NCBI GenBank assembly: GCA_037447605.1
Contig: CM074808.1
Coordinates: 2,604,001 to 2,668,000 of the forward strand
Direction of reading: 5' to 3'
DNA length: 64,000 bases
DNA from: Zygnema circumcarinatum SAG 698-1b
Taxonomy: Eukaryota; Plantae; Zygnematophyceae
In this document: piece after piece, positions 50,101-63,765 of the stretch
Layout: every line of letters starts with the position of its first letter
Numbering within the stretch: the first letter of the stretch is position 1
The notes under the pieces: generated by a model
Database searches by the model: none
The model's input: the letters and a program-made list of their open reading frames with translations, nothing else
What the model was told of the DNA's origin: nothing
Made by a program: the position numbers and the translations under genes

Positions 50101-53100
50101 GTGACCATTTATCGTTGGTGGGTTTGAGTTCAATAATGCATTGGTTGTTATGTTCAGAAAACAAAGCCGGGAAATCGGGAAAGACTAAGAAGAAGAAAAA
50201 GCACAAGAAAAAGGAACTCGCGGAGGAGCATGCGGAGGACACTTCTTCTGCTGCATTGGAGGTTGTGTGTGCAAAGGCAGGAGCTGCTCCCTCGTTGATA
50301 TGATAGGATAGCAATCACTGACCATCTTATAAGGATTGATGCTCTTATTACCAATTTCATCCTTGTTCCATGTACTTAAATCTCCAAGCGTGCCGCTATT
50401 CTATTTTGAATGTCGTGCGCAGATGCTTTTGATATAGTTGTTTCAATGATTAATTGCGAAACCACATACTTGTCACAACATGGTAGTCAATTGTCCCGAA
50501 AGCACTGATCGGAACTTACCAAGTTTTTGAGAACAACTTGTTTGAGTTATAATGTATTACTTAGCTGAGTGCGGTGTGGTGCTGTGTGCAGGAGGACGTA
50601 TTAGGGGAAAAGAAACAGATGGCAACAGGGCTGGTGGGGCAGGTGGCGGATGTTCCTTCGATTGGCAAGGTATGCTGCGACTGTTTGCGGGTAGATATTG
50701 AACACTCTCCCCAGAGAGCTGCCTTCTGCTACAGATTCTGTTCGAAAATCTGTTGCTTCTCTTTTGTGGGATAGCAAGAATTTGAACCCTTATGTCATTG
50801 CACTTGTGCAAGGCGTCTATTTCGTCGTCAACGCTTGAGAATTGCAGCACAAACTCATGTGCTATTGGACAAAGAATTTGCAATGAATCATGTGACATAG
50901 ATGAATGACTTTTAGCGTATTGCATGAACTAAATTTTTTTACTGCAGATTGTGGAGATGTCTTTATTACGATTCTGTAGAAATAGAGTTGTGGGGACCAA
51001 TGCTCGTGCCGGATGGTTTGGAACTGTGGACTGTTTGAGATTTAGCGACTAGCTTTGGGCATTGACCGCAGTACTTGTTCTCCACTCTGTCCGTAATTGA
51101 AGCAGGTTAATGTCAACGTGGGTGATGACATCATCCGGGACTCCCTTCCTGCTCTAGTGTCCAGTTCAAGGAGGCAAAGGGAGATATTTGCCGAGACAGA
51201 GTTTGATGACGATGACGGAATTGATCCGGCCATGAGAGAGAAGTTGGACAGGTGCGTACTTTCCGTGTCCCTTAGATTTTTTGGACTCACTGTAATGCAC
51301 ATATGGGTCTGCTTAAAATGCAGACGCACGATGAGACATTGATCTTCTTCTCAAAGGGGAAGTATACCGAAGCGGACTTGCGTGGCCTGAAAATGTACAT
51401 GCTTTAAGTAGATAGCTGCAGGTTTGATTGAAGCTGTCACTATGCTGCTCTCAAGATTTCTCCCAAACTGCCACACTCGTTTAACTGGTGAGATTTGCTT
51501 GATATGATACCAAGGTGGCAATCTGGCTTGGTTCCATTTGGTACGGTGACCGTGTGATCCGTCTGACTTTGCAGGGCACACTTTTTAGCTATGCTTAGTG
51601 ATGTGAACTTGCTCAGGAGAAAGCCGGACATTCACTTGGATAATCCTTGTTACAGACTCAGACATTGATTCTTGCGTTTCTATTTTCCAACTGTAGCTTT
51701 TCATTGTTTCGACTGAAACCTGATTACATCGATGGTTGAAGCACACACCTGAATATCCATAGTTTCCTTTCACTTACTGAAAACAGCAAGTGAAGAGAAA
51801 CTGCATTGGAGGAGGCAGTAGAATTGGATGCCTCCACAGAGTGTGCTCTGCCTGGAAAACTGATGTGGAAGGACACTAAAAGCATGATGTCACCGACGTC
51901 TCTATGTGTATGCAAAGATTTTGTTTTGTAATGCTTCTAACCTGGCTGCCGCAACTTTGCCCGGAGGCTGTTTAATCTGTAGTTCATGCTAATGGTTAAG
52001 ACGAATTGCTTTAAGAAGTAAGATACTGAAGTAGATTGTGAGCGTCAATTGTAGATCTCCAACTCTGCAATTGGTGTTGGTCCTCTTGTCTATTCTTCCG
52101 TGCATTTGTAAGACAGCACAGGCTCTCAGATAGATTTCAAATGATCTTTCAGAGCATTGTCTGCATGGTGCTTGTACATGCTTGTGCTTGTCCCCTCGGA
52201 GGGTCTGATATGTCTGTCATGTTAGTTACTTCCTGCGCTTGCTTCAAGATCTGAAACTTTTGTGTTGAGACGAACGCATGCAATAGCCTTTCTCCTTCTT
52301 ACCTGGATAAATTTGGTCTGATGTGTGTTTTCTATTTCTTTGAACGACAGGGAGGTGGAAGACTTTGCTCGAAGGCTGAACGTTGACTGGCAGGATCGCA
52401 AAGAGGAAATTTTGGCTCTTGCTTCCAGCAGCAGAGAACACGAAATTCGAATAAGCAATGAGGGTCGAGGTTTACCTACCTCAGTGGTAGCCGTGGAAAC
52501 TTCTGACCTTGGACTTTCCCATGGAAATGGCATTGGGCATCCACGGGCCCTGCAAGAAACAGACGATGCTCCAAAGAAGAAGGGTAAGAGACCTCACCAG
52601 CAGTCGCAGAGCTTAGAAACCACACAAGCAGGAGAGCAGGCTAATGACGACTCTTTGCCCGCCGATGACTTCAGTGATGGGCTTGCCAGAGCCTTAGTCC
52701 AGGGGCTCCCCAATTGGCCCCCCCAAGTTGGGGTTTTGCCCGTTGACAGTGGGCAGGGCCCACAAAGTGGTGGGTCAATGGTAGTTGCAGCCCATACAGA
52801 ACATATATTGGCAGAGGCTTTAGCGGACAGGAGAGACGAGCCAGACTGCACTCTTGCCGGTGGCGTAGGGAGGGAGAATCAGGAGGTCAGCCTTTGGGAA
52901 AGAGGACCTGTAGGGAATAGTTTGTGGTCATATGAGAATGTAGAGGTCCATGCAAGGACGGGAGTCACCGGTAGCTTGCCGCAGACCTCGTCTTTGGGTT
53001 ATGGAAATAGGGTCGAACTTCTGCATTCATCTAATGCTCTGCAAAACAGCCAGACCAGCACAACGCAGCCTGGTAGCTTACAGGATGGAAGGAGTACTAT

Positions 53101-53704
53101 CAGTGTAAATGGCTCAGGGGTAGATGATGGGGGTTGGATTTATTCTATGAAGAATGGAAGCTGCTGTAGTCCAGCTTTGGTAGGAGGGTTAGGTGGTGGT
53201 GGTGTGGCCAGTACATGGGCCATGGAACCCGAGGAAGCCGACCTCATACCAGCCAACTTGTCGGACAGGGATTGGGAACCTCCGCTTGATCTGAGACATG
53301 GAGCAACTTGGGGAAGCACGGACGCACCTCCTCTTGACGCGGGAGAGCTTGCAGGCTTCTTGCAATCCCTGGTTCAGATTTTGCAGCTTGAGTCGCAGAT
53401 AGGGATAGTGTTAGGGAAGAGTTTGACAGAGAGGCCCTCAACTGATGGCTCAGAGCAGGTTCATGGCGGGTCACCAATGCCTGTACCTTTAGTGCCGCTT
53501 ATTCCCCACCTGCTGGAAGGGGGCCTGCAAGTGTCCCATCGGCTCTCATCAGGCGGCGTACTCTCCGTCTCATTGTCTGGATTCCATCCGTACAGTTCTC
53601 AACATTCTCCCGGCGCACCTTCTTTACAAGATTCTTTAACACCTCAGCCAGTTCCCAGCAACCTCCATAGAGTCAACAGGGCAGATATAGATTCAGTGTT
53701 TTAG
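47106..53704 (+). CDS. ASK21: SKP1-like protein of the ASK20/ASK21 type with long C-terminal extension, ~841 aa
   Basis: Exons 47106-47336, 47849-48073, 48513-48704, 49001-49111, 49360-49444, 50158-50261, 50592-50669, 51106-51251 and 52351-53704 total 2526 nt. Motifs: MALTRPE|, VWLETLDG, LCELTSAADSL.MKPLVDLTSRALARMIEGKTPEEIRETFHLPDDLTE, DPRIRLLNRLYARKRKEL, EVEDFARRLN. Exon 7 is the least certain. Confidence 0.9.
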
Positions 53705-55365
53705 GGATAGCTGCTGTGAATTTAGAGAGGATCATTATCGTTTCTTTGTGCAGTAATGGAGTTCGCCCTGTCTTCTGCAGCGGCCCCCAATGCTGGGCGT
53801 GCCTGCTCTTTCCAGTGTTCCTTTAATCACTGGAAGTGCAATGCAGTTGTGTGATCGTCTGCTGATAAGCTGAAGAAATGGCCCGTAGGCTCAATGCTGT
53901 CCTCCATCAATTCAAATCGCTGCTGTGCAATCAACAAAATATTTGATTCGTTTACATTAGTTTCATAAGGTGGATGCGGCGAAAATCGTGAGTGGGTACT
54001 GTGGGTGCTACGCATCGGGGATACACACGGAGACTGTATGGAGCCACACACGCAGCCCAAGTTTGATGCCCTGAGCCCCTGCATTTTTTGAATTTGGTTC
54101 GACATCGACACTTACATGCACGAACTCGACAACATGACATGCAAGCAGGCAGGCTTTAGGGCGTCGTAAAGATCGCAAACACAGCGAACGAACCCGCATG
54201 CAAAGGCACTCTCTTCGACTTCAAGAAAGTCACTGAAAGACCGGCACAGTTCATATCACTCAATTTGACATCCTTTATTTCTTCCAAGGTTGGATTTGGA
54301 ACATTTGCTGCGTCTGAACCCAGCCGACAACTCCAACCGCCTGCCCCTCCAGACTGAACGGTGCCTAGTTTGACCACTCTACCAACAACTACCTCCCCAA
54401 AATCTCCTCCTGCGCACCCTTCACGATCTGGACCCCGCCCGTTATGATGAGCCTTCTTTCTTCCACGACCGACATAAGGCAGATGTCCACATAGCGCTGC
54501 TTCCATGAACCTCTCTGCCTTCAGATGAGACCCTGAACCCCTTGGTGGGCTTGCAACCCTCCCCTTCTTCCATAAAACCGCCCTTTCCTCCATCGTGTGT
54601 AATCCTTCGAGCCATGTAGCCCATAGAGAAGAATTGCTACAGGCCAATCCACAAAAATGCTGCCGTTTCACGCCCGCAACTTGTGCGCTGTCAATGTCTC
54701 TCCACATTCCCTTCAGTGCTTCTTGAAAAATAATTTTCCCAGTATACACGCCTCATCACCTTGGCCTTCCCGAACCAGAATCAAACCGCATTCCACTTCT
54801 GTAGTTGAGAGTGTCAAAATCCAAGAGTCCTGTGAAGGCCTTCAGCCTTCCGCTGCTATCACAACTTGTGCGTACGCCTCCTGGTGTAGGGAAAAAAGGA
54901 GAATCCCTGACCGCTACACACCCTTGAAAGGGTATGACCGATATCAAATCTGCATTCTATCTTCATTTATGTCACTTCACATCTTCCAACCGAGCACATT
55001 CCCAGCTGGAGGCTGCCATTCGACAAAGCCCCCTGGACACGAATGCTAAAACCGCTTGGAAACTACTGGCTACTTCGCCACTTGATCCTGAAAACGATTG
55101 GCCAACTCCAACTCCACTGACTCAACCCGAGCCACCCTTCCTCTGCTTGCATTGCTAGCAAGCATTGCGCATCTAGTGATAGAAATAAACCACCAGAGCT
55201 GTACAGTGGGCGGTCTGAAAACCCAAAAACAGCCGACCCTTCCCCATGCTAAGCCTATAGAATGCCCTTACTGTAATATAGGGCCTGGCAGTGTCAAAGG
55301 TGCCAGGCCACGACAGCTCTCGCTCCAAAGCAGCCACAGCGCGAGCCACCTACGACAGCTACCGG

Positions 55366-58300
55366 CTATCGGCAGTATATTGCTCGGTCGATCTGAGGTG
55401 GAATTGGTTTGATCTCAGTTCCAAGTTCTTGTTCAATCCTGTACCTGCAGGTCAACAGAGCACCAACAATAATTACCCGTGTCATTATCTTATCATCCCA
55501 ACAAACTGTGTATCAGCCCATTATAAACCTGAACCATTCCAGAGCTAGAAGGTTCAATCGGTCAGAGTGAAATTAGAAGCAGTATAAGTACTCCAAGCGC
55601 AGCCGAAGGACTACAATCATTACGGATACATGAATGTGCAATCCTCACTCTTGCCACAATATGAACTGGTAATTGAATACTTACAAGTTGAACCGATCCT
55701 CATATGTGATGAGATTAACGGCTAAACCCAAGTGCCCAAATCGTCCTGAGCGTCCGACCTGCATAACATATAAATTTGGCGTCAGTACACCATTGATGTC
55801 CGAAGTTTCACCAGATATAGAAACAAAAGTACAATATCTTGACAGGATTCCCATTGCTTCTCGTCGTCTTACCCTATGTAGGTACGTTTCCGAGTTCTTG
55901 GGAAAGTCGAAATTGATTACAACATTCACGGCTTGGATATCAATACCCCTGGTGAATAAATCTGCACAACCCACAATCTACCAAGCTTCAACACATATTC
56001 TTAAAGATGAGATTGTGGCCTACAACGACAAACAGCACGATGAATTGCCACAAACATGCGTCGACAGTCCTTCAATCATCAGGAAAGTCGACTATGTCTT
56101 TTCAACTCCTCGAAGTCTGCTGGTCAATAGACCGGCATCGGCCCCGCAAATTGCTTAAACAGTTCAAGAAGTCAAGTTCATCACGAAATGACAACATTAT
56201 ACCTGATGACACCAAATTTCTGCAGGCCCCACTCCTGAAGTCGTGGAACACCCTGTTCCGATGAGACTGAAGCATCTTGGCGTGAATGTAGAAACAGGAA
56301 TAGCCTAGCTCAGTTATCTTCTTTGCTAGCAATTCCACGCGGTTGACTGAGTTGCAGAAAATTATGGATTGGTTGATTTGGAGCTGCGTAAGCACGAGAG
56401 TAAACACAATCAGTCTTCTTATCAGATTCTTAGCCTTGAGTTGCCTATAAACAAACTAAAACTCTGACCCATCATCACACGAACACAGTCACGACGGCTT
56501 TCTCTACTGAAAGCCTGACTAAGAAAATCCCGAACGTGATAACTTCTCAAGCAAAACCGGACTGTTCCAAACTATTCCAGAATGCATACCTTCGAAAACA
56601 GAGTGTTCAAACAGTGAACTTTCTGACGCTCCTCCACAAAGGCGTAGTACTGTGTGATACCCTTCAGCGTAAGCTCGTCCATAAGATTGATTACATATGG
56701 CTTCCTCAGGAACTTGTCTTTAAAGGATTTGACGGTCACTGGGAATGTGGCTGAAAAGAGCAAAACTTGCCGGTTTTGGGGAAGATAGCCAATTACTCGC
56801 TCAACTAGCGGCTGGAATTCAGGAGACAGCAATTTGTCCGCCTGACACAAAGACATCACATCAGAAACTTCAGTCATGGATCACAAAAAAGTTTACAGGA
56901 ATTGGACGATACATAGCGAGACCTCTGCAGAAATCCTGGAAGTAGATAAGTCGTAACCTACCAATATATGTACAAGCACTATTGAGCAATTGAACCATTT
57001 ATCCATAATTTTTTGCCTTCACTATCTTCTAAAAACGCTTGTATTCCAACCAAGCCAAGAGCTCACCTCATCCATGACGAGCATGGTGCACTGCTTGAGG
57101 TCACACACACCCTTATTTGTCAAATCCAAAACCCGACCTGGAGTACCAACTAAGAGATGTACAGGCTGATAGAGCCGCATAATGTCATCCTTTAAGGATG
57201 TACCGCCGGTAGTCACCATGACTTGTATGTTCAAATGTTTTGCAAGCTCCTTACAGACTTGGGACGTCTGGAGTGCAAGTTCTCGTGTTGGAACCAGCAG
57301 CAATACTGCGAAGAGAAATCGTCAGTCAGCACATGTATAAATCCCGGGGCATTTCAAAAAACTCGGCACAGCAGCCATAAAGCCAATAAGAAGCCAATTA
57401 AGCAACAACCACTAGCCTGCGATATCTGCAAACTCAAAACGTTCAAAATGCGGATGAGATAAACTTAAGAGAAAGAACTACACACAGCAAAAAATCAGCT
57501 TCTAGCAGGCAGAATAATCCATGAACCTACATACTCATGAGATGGCTTAATTGCTGCAACATCGCTTAACAGTTGCTGGGCTTGACAAACAAGTCCCTGC
57601 GGTGTCAAATGCTCTAGAAATGCAACACCTCTTCAGAACTCATAATACGAAAGGTCCGGTTGCTGAGCAGGCAGGGTGAAGGTCTGCTACTTTGACGTAA
57701 CACAACATACCTTGAATAGCATTCTTGTTCTGGTCAATTTTCTCAATAGCGGGAATGCAGAATGCAGCCGTTTTTCCAGTCCCATTCTTAGCCCTAGCAA
57801 GAATGTCCCTTCCAGTCAATGCAATTGGGATGCTTTCCTCCTGTATGGGAGATGGACGCTCGAAACCTTTCTCGTAAATGCCCATAAGCAATTCACGTTT
57901 CAAAAAATAGTCCTCGAATTCATTTCCTTTGGTAGCTGTGACATCCTGGAACAGACTTCATAAGTGTCATCAGAAAAACGAAGGGTCTTACATAGAACAA
58001 GAAAGCATCAAGAACGAAGAAAAGCTAATGCAGGGCGAGGCCAACGACGTACAAGAGCATATGTGAGATTTTCACTTGCCAAAACACGTCAGCAATCAAC
58101 AACACTACAGTTAAACTACCCTTCTAAGCACAGAACAAAACTATGAGCAAATTGAACAATTTGCCAGGATGCTATGCAGGAAACACGTGAAATAATAGGT
58201 ACCTCTGTTCTGTATCGCGTATCCGGCGGAGGCAGCTTCAACTGAGTCTTCCAGTCCTCAGAACTGCTCGGGGGGAAACAGATGGTCAGGATAACAGTCT

Positions 58301-58667
58301 TTCAGCAACAAGAGGATACTAACCAGCCATAAACATCTTCTCCAAACACAAAACAATTACACGTCGCGCAATCCTGCAGAAAAAATGGCCACAAGCTGAG
58401 ACCAGAACCCTAGCAAGAAACGTAAAAGTAACCAGGTTTGCTGAATAATGACCTTGAATTGCTTTGAGCAAGGGCTTGAGAAGGAGCTGTCTGCGGAGCG
58501 AGATGTTGAGTGGCAGGAGCAAGATGTTGCATAGGAGCTGACGTAGGCTGATTCACTTGCATGGGAGGCATGGCCTGCGGTCGCGGCTGCTGTGACAGCA
58601 ATGATCCAGAATAGGACCCCAGCTGTGGACCCCTGATGCCTGGCGCTGAAGGGCCCCTTGCCGCCAT
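55366..58667 (-). CDS. RH8: DEAD-box RNA helicase DDX6/Dhh1 (plant RH6/8/12 group), 474 aa
   Basis: Exons 58667-58453, 58263-58203, 57945-57711, 57305-57067, 56841-56590, 56383-56203, 55961-55873, 55758-55685 and 55444-55366 total 1425 nt. Motifs: [28 protein letters not shown] across an intron, [28 protein letters not shown]. Confidence 0.97.
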
Positions 58668-59714
58668 TATTGTTCGCGACTTGAGATGTGAACTGGAGAG
58701 GGAAGTATGCTCTGGACAGAAATTCAGAAGAAATTAAGCAAGAGACGATTGACGACGAGGGAACCTAAATTCAAAGTTGTTGGCTGAAAATTGAAACAGC
58801 TGTGTCTGCTGGTGCAGGGAAGCCCACTCTTGCGTCTCTCAGAGTCAAAATTACAGAGGAAGGAAAGGAAGCGATTATGAGAATAACTGAATGCGAATGG
58901 AGCGCAAACCTAAACTTTTCAAGTCAGGATTTCTTCCACCCCTTCTTCTTCAAGATCCTCGTCTGGAGGAATCCTGCAAGGCTCAAACTACTCTGCCAGA
59001 CGCTCGCCCTAAGAAAATTGACTCCAGAGTCCAGACGCACGGCCACGCCACACCGCGCCCCGCCCCTTCCCAACCAAAACTGGATTAAAAACTCTTTTTT
59101 CTTCGCGACCTTGTTCTGCCCGTGAATTCGGGCAGATCCCACACGCTTCAAATCATTTTTTTCAGGAGTTCTTGGCCGTTGGATGGCCCACCAGCTACAT
59201 CTGAGCCGTCCGATGGACACCGGGCAGTCCAAAGTGTTTCTCAGTTGGTAGTTGATCGATCTCAGCCGTCCGATTGCGCACAAACAGTTCCCTTGTATCT
59301 GCCCGAAACAGACGTCATGTGAATGCAAACTTTTATTTTTGCCCGAAGGCCCCTGAGACCGCCAGGAAAAAACGGGCAGGAAATAAAGTTTTCAATCGTG
59401 CGGCCACCGCAGCCCGAACGAACTGGCTGATGCAAAACTTTTGGCGCCGTTGGTCGGAAGGATAATGGCGACCCCCCTGTACCCCCTTTGTACCCGAACC
59501 TTCTGAAGCCATTCTCCACACGTGCGAAGCTGAAGCGCTGAGGAAAGGCTTACCCCATTCACAATGATGCTGCGCTTTTTTTAAGCCTCCCAAAGTACCT
59601 TTGGACATTCCAATTACTGTTCAGCGTGGGAATTGGAATTCCTTCAACATTGTTAGCATATAGCTGCCAAAAAGGAGGATCCGATGACAACTGAGCAACC
59701 AACAAAGGGGTGGC

Positions 59715-59822
59715 GTTGATCTCACGATGGCGATGATGGCACCAAATGTACATGGACAAAATCAACATGGGGAACCACGAGGAACTGGTCGCAAAGGACC
59801 TAAGAAGAAAAGAAAAAAGCTA
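59715..59822 (-). repeat. Third copy of the ~100-bp dispersed repeat seen at 5.5 and 6.0 kb
   Basis: Reverse complement reads gcttttttcttt...ttaggtcc...cgtggttcccca...ttttgtccatgtacattt...cgccatcgtgagatcaa. Confidence 0.85.
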
Positions 59823-60178
59823 GAAGCGGAAAGCTATGCCCAGGCTCAACAACGCAGCCCTCCCAAGAAGCAGCCGCGAAAGTCGGCAATGTTTTTCTTT
59901 TTTTTTGCAAATGGGTTTGGCTGAAGCTGTACTTTCACTAGCAACATGCCAACAATTCCGTAAAACGGAATGCTACATAGAACTGCGCGGATAATGAAGC
60001 CGCTCTCATGCATCTCATCTCATTCTCATCTCATTCGCTCGCTGTGCCAACCAACGCACACAAGGGGGGAGGGGAAGGAGGGAGGCGGGGACCTCCTCTG
60101 CTCAAAACTGGAGCCGTGGAATAACAATAGAACCCTAGGGACTGAGTCATCCGGGGAACAACCCACTGCTCACTGAAC

Positions 60179-62830
60179 TCAACTCTTTACCACTGCAATG
60201 CATTCGATCTCCACACGTGCATTCTTTGGCAGAGCCGCCACTTGATAAGTAGACCGAGCCGGGGCTGGCGAGGGGAAATCTGAGCCATCTCACACCCAAA
60301 CAAGCGGCGGAACGCTCTGCATCAAGGGAACTGCTCACGGAGGAGATCATCGTTGGTCCAAAAATACGATCACTTGTGAACAAGTCCAGACAGCAAGTAC
60401 ACAACGTTTCATGTTCAGCATCTTGCACGATTTGGAGAGAATTTGCTTCAATGTCAAGTTGGAAGAAGCTTCACTGCACAGTGAAGCACTCACATTTTGC
60501 ATAGATCCCATTCACTGTCGCAAAATCTGCCAAGTCTGCGAGCCTGAACCAACCGATAGCCTCGAAGAGGTGAAGTTAGAGATCGAGAGATGAAGTTACG
60601 CAGTAAAAGGTGAAAGTCAGATAGTGCAATAAGCACGCCGTATGTTCAACAGTTCGCAAGGGTCCTGGGCCTTTATAAAAGCAGAATTCAGGGGACTTTC
60701 CGAAGTTGACGAGTATGTCTGTGTCCAACTATGCAGCAAAGATACACTGCAGCAAATTCTAAAAAGAAATGTGTGGGTTCTCCAGAGCGGCAGTTCTGAA
60801 AAAAGTGAGCAACCCAGCATATTCCCTCCTCTCCCGTTTGAAAATTGGCATTAATTCAACGATGTCCGCTCATGCAACAATGCAGGCAGCACAGCAGAGC
60901 AGTGACTCCTAAGGCGAGCCGAATGCCTCTATGGGATCTTACGTTCCTCTAAACAGCAGCAATAAAAGATGTGGGTCAGGACCTTGACCATACGAATGAA
61001 TGAGTCTCCATCAACTTCCTCTCTCGAGCTTGGCATGCACCACTTACATGATGGTAGTTTTCACTACCGAGTCAAAGTCAGCGCCTCCTGCTTTCAGAAT
61101 TGCGCCCATGTTTGTCATCACCTAAACACCCGGCCATCTCACGCAATTGTGAGATGGGGCAGTCCAGGAAAGCAATATATATATTTATATTTTTTTAGTC
61201 CAGGAAAGCAATGGCACACAGACAGAGTCAGTTCACGAATGCGATTCATCTAAGTTGTTACGCAGTCTTCGCTGAGAACGACTATAGAAAACCCTGAAGC
61301 ATTAAAATGCTGGGCAAGCAGCCTCGCCAACGACAAATATTTAGAAACGCAAAGAAATGATATATTTTTGCTAGCTTCCTGTATTTCAAAAGACGTCGTC
61401 TTCAACAGGAGTACAACAATGGCCGAATGCTTACCTGCTCTACCTGTACCTCCACTGTTTCAGAATCAAAATTCATTGTCTGCAATCCAGCACCACCACC
61501 TCTAGCCAGAATCAGCTCAAGAGTAATCTCATCCCATAATGCAGCGAGATTGCTATTAATTTGTTCCAGACTTGTATGCTAAGAATCGCATCTCTGCTTG
61601 TCTTCACCGACATACCCAAACTGCCTTGCATTTTGGTCCATATCCAGAAGAAGGTTGGTTTTCATTGAGGACTACCACTGATCGAACGGACAGTGTACGT
61701 CTTTTGCACCTGTCTTCTTAAATACGGGGTAAAGCAGTAAAACATGGACGGCAACTAATGCTGTGTCTCTGTCCGAGAAAGACAGAGCATCAATAATTAA
61801 TGAATGAATGATAAACCATGAAAAAAAAATTAACTAGCTTGCACCTTGCACTTTACCAGAGGACGCTTGATTGACTCGTTTCCATAACGCCACAAACAAG
61901 AAGCATGATCGATTTGAGGTTGGTGATGACAGACTTAGAAGTAAACGTGTGCCAGAATGACTCTATGCAAAGCTCGAACCTTTGCAGAATATTACAGAGG
62001 GAACTTTGGGGAGGTTGCTCTTGCCAGCTATTTCATCTCTGGGCTAAGCAAACAGACATTTTGTTTCAGGTTTCTCTCGCCACTGTTCATTTGCAACCTA
62101 ACGAGCCATACACTATTGTTTTGTTCTGTGACGAAACGATAGTGAGCTGCAGCTGCAAATACACCTTGGCCTGGATTTTATTGAGAGTTACTGTCGGTGC
62201 AATGGAGTATACCTCAGGGTTCAGGCCTAGAACTCCAGATACAAAAAGCAGACCATTTGCTTTTATCGCCTGAGTGTAAGGCCCAAGTGCTGCGGGAGCT
62301 TTCTCGGTCTGCACGGCTTCCTTCAAAGCTGCACCCATTATAGCATCAGAATGTGGCAATGAGTTAGAAAAAGTCAGACTAATTTTGACAACAGGCGGGA
62401 ATTGCTTTTCCCAAGACGCAGCCCTCTGGTCCATGACGGGGGAAAGAAAGGGGAGGGCCCGGTTTAAAACGCCCAGGAATTACGACGCCATTGTATACCC
62501 TTCAATAACTACATGTCAAGTTGTACTAGATGATAAACATAAGTCATAAAACAGACAACACTTCATGTTGGAATCGAGAAGAGTTTCACCTGCGGAAGTT
62601 GAAGTTCTCCGAAAAGTAAGAGACGCCAATGGGAGTGAAGTAGCCGGAAAAGAGGAGTTTTTAGATAAGGAAACCGCCGCGGTCAAGCAGCCCAGACCCA
62701 CAACAGGAGTTATCATGTGAGAACGGCTCCTCAACGACGCACTCATAGCCTTGGCGGTTCGCATCATTGAAGCAGCTTTCCCTGCTGCCAACGATGCAGC
62801 TCCGCCGGCACAAGCAGCTTCGATTCCCAT
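60179..62830 (-). CDS. RIDA: Reactive intermediate/imine deaminase RidA (YjgF/YER057c/UK114), with probable plastid transit peptide, 208 aa
   Basis: Exons 62830-62590, 62328-62213, 61479-61435, 61121-61048, 60543-60494 and 60279-60179 total 627 nt. Motifs: APAALGPYTQAIKANGLLFVSG, VVKTTIMLADLADFATVNGIY, PARSTYQVAALPKNARVEIECIA. The N-terminus is A/S-rich. Confidence 0.95.
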
Positions 62831-63539
62831 CTTGGCTGTCACGCCGGTATGATCCGATTATCTGTACTGGAAGTGAAAGAAATAGTTCTGCACGCATGTG
62901 AGTTGTTCGGCTAGAATTTCAGTTGATTGAAAAAATATCGATTTCTATAAAAGGACTTCCCTTCCGTGTAGGCAGACAAAATGGACAACAATAGAGTGAG
63001 GTATGTATCATTACGCCACGCTTACGACAGACACCAACTGTGCAAAAGGAAGAAGATGAAGCGGACTGCATTGGCATTGAGGCAGAGGCTTCATAATGAT
63101 GGCCAGAAACAGGCGTACTCCACGGAAGCATTATGAAAGAGAGAAAATAAAGAAGTGCTTATTAGAGCAAGAAAACTGCTCTCAACTCTCAGGGAGTGCC
63201 TCTCCTCAGCTTCGGACAGCTGGTGGCATCATCTCTCCACTCATTCTTTCCAGCTTCTAGCATTGCTAGACAGGCTGCGCACATCAAACTATGAAAAGGA
63301 ATGCCGGCAAGTACCCAATTTAAAAGCGCTCCTTAGCCCGCCCCGCGCCTCGCAGCCGCTTGCAGGGACTCACTTACTCTCACACTCTTTCGCAGAGGGC
63401 CGCCTTCGTCTCCGGCACCCTCACCACTCCCACACTTGCCTCTCCTGCTGCCGTCACCCTCACTCAGGTATGACGCCATCCTCTGCTCCACTCCAACGGA
63501 TTCCGGCGGCCTGTCGCGAAACGGTCGCCTCCTCGACCG

Positions 63540-63765
63540 CGTCGACCGATATCGATCGAACCGATCCAAATCAAATCGATACGTGTAGATAATACGATAC
63601 GATACGATTTGATGTTCCAATCAGATGAGATATCCGGATACATATCGTATCGCCATACCGAATATGTGCAGTTCAGTAGCGTTTCAATATCGGGATACTG
63701 ATGAAACCGGCACGGAGATATCTCCATATTTCCATCGGGATATCCGTATATCATCGTATCGACCT
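63540..63765. repeat. ATCG/GATAC/GATATC-rich satellite-like tract upstream of RidA
   Basis: cgatatcgatcg, tacgatacgatacg and atcgtatcg units. Confidence 0.7.

Noticed and set aside
54156-54749. 197-aa minus-strand ORF between SKP1-like and RH8
   Set aside because: No recognisable domain. It lies where 3'UTRs of the convergent genes are expected.
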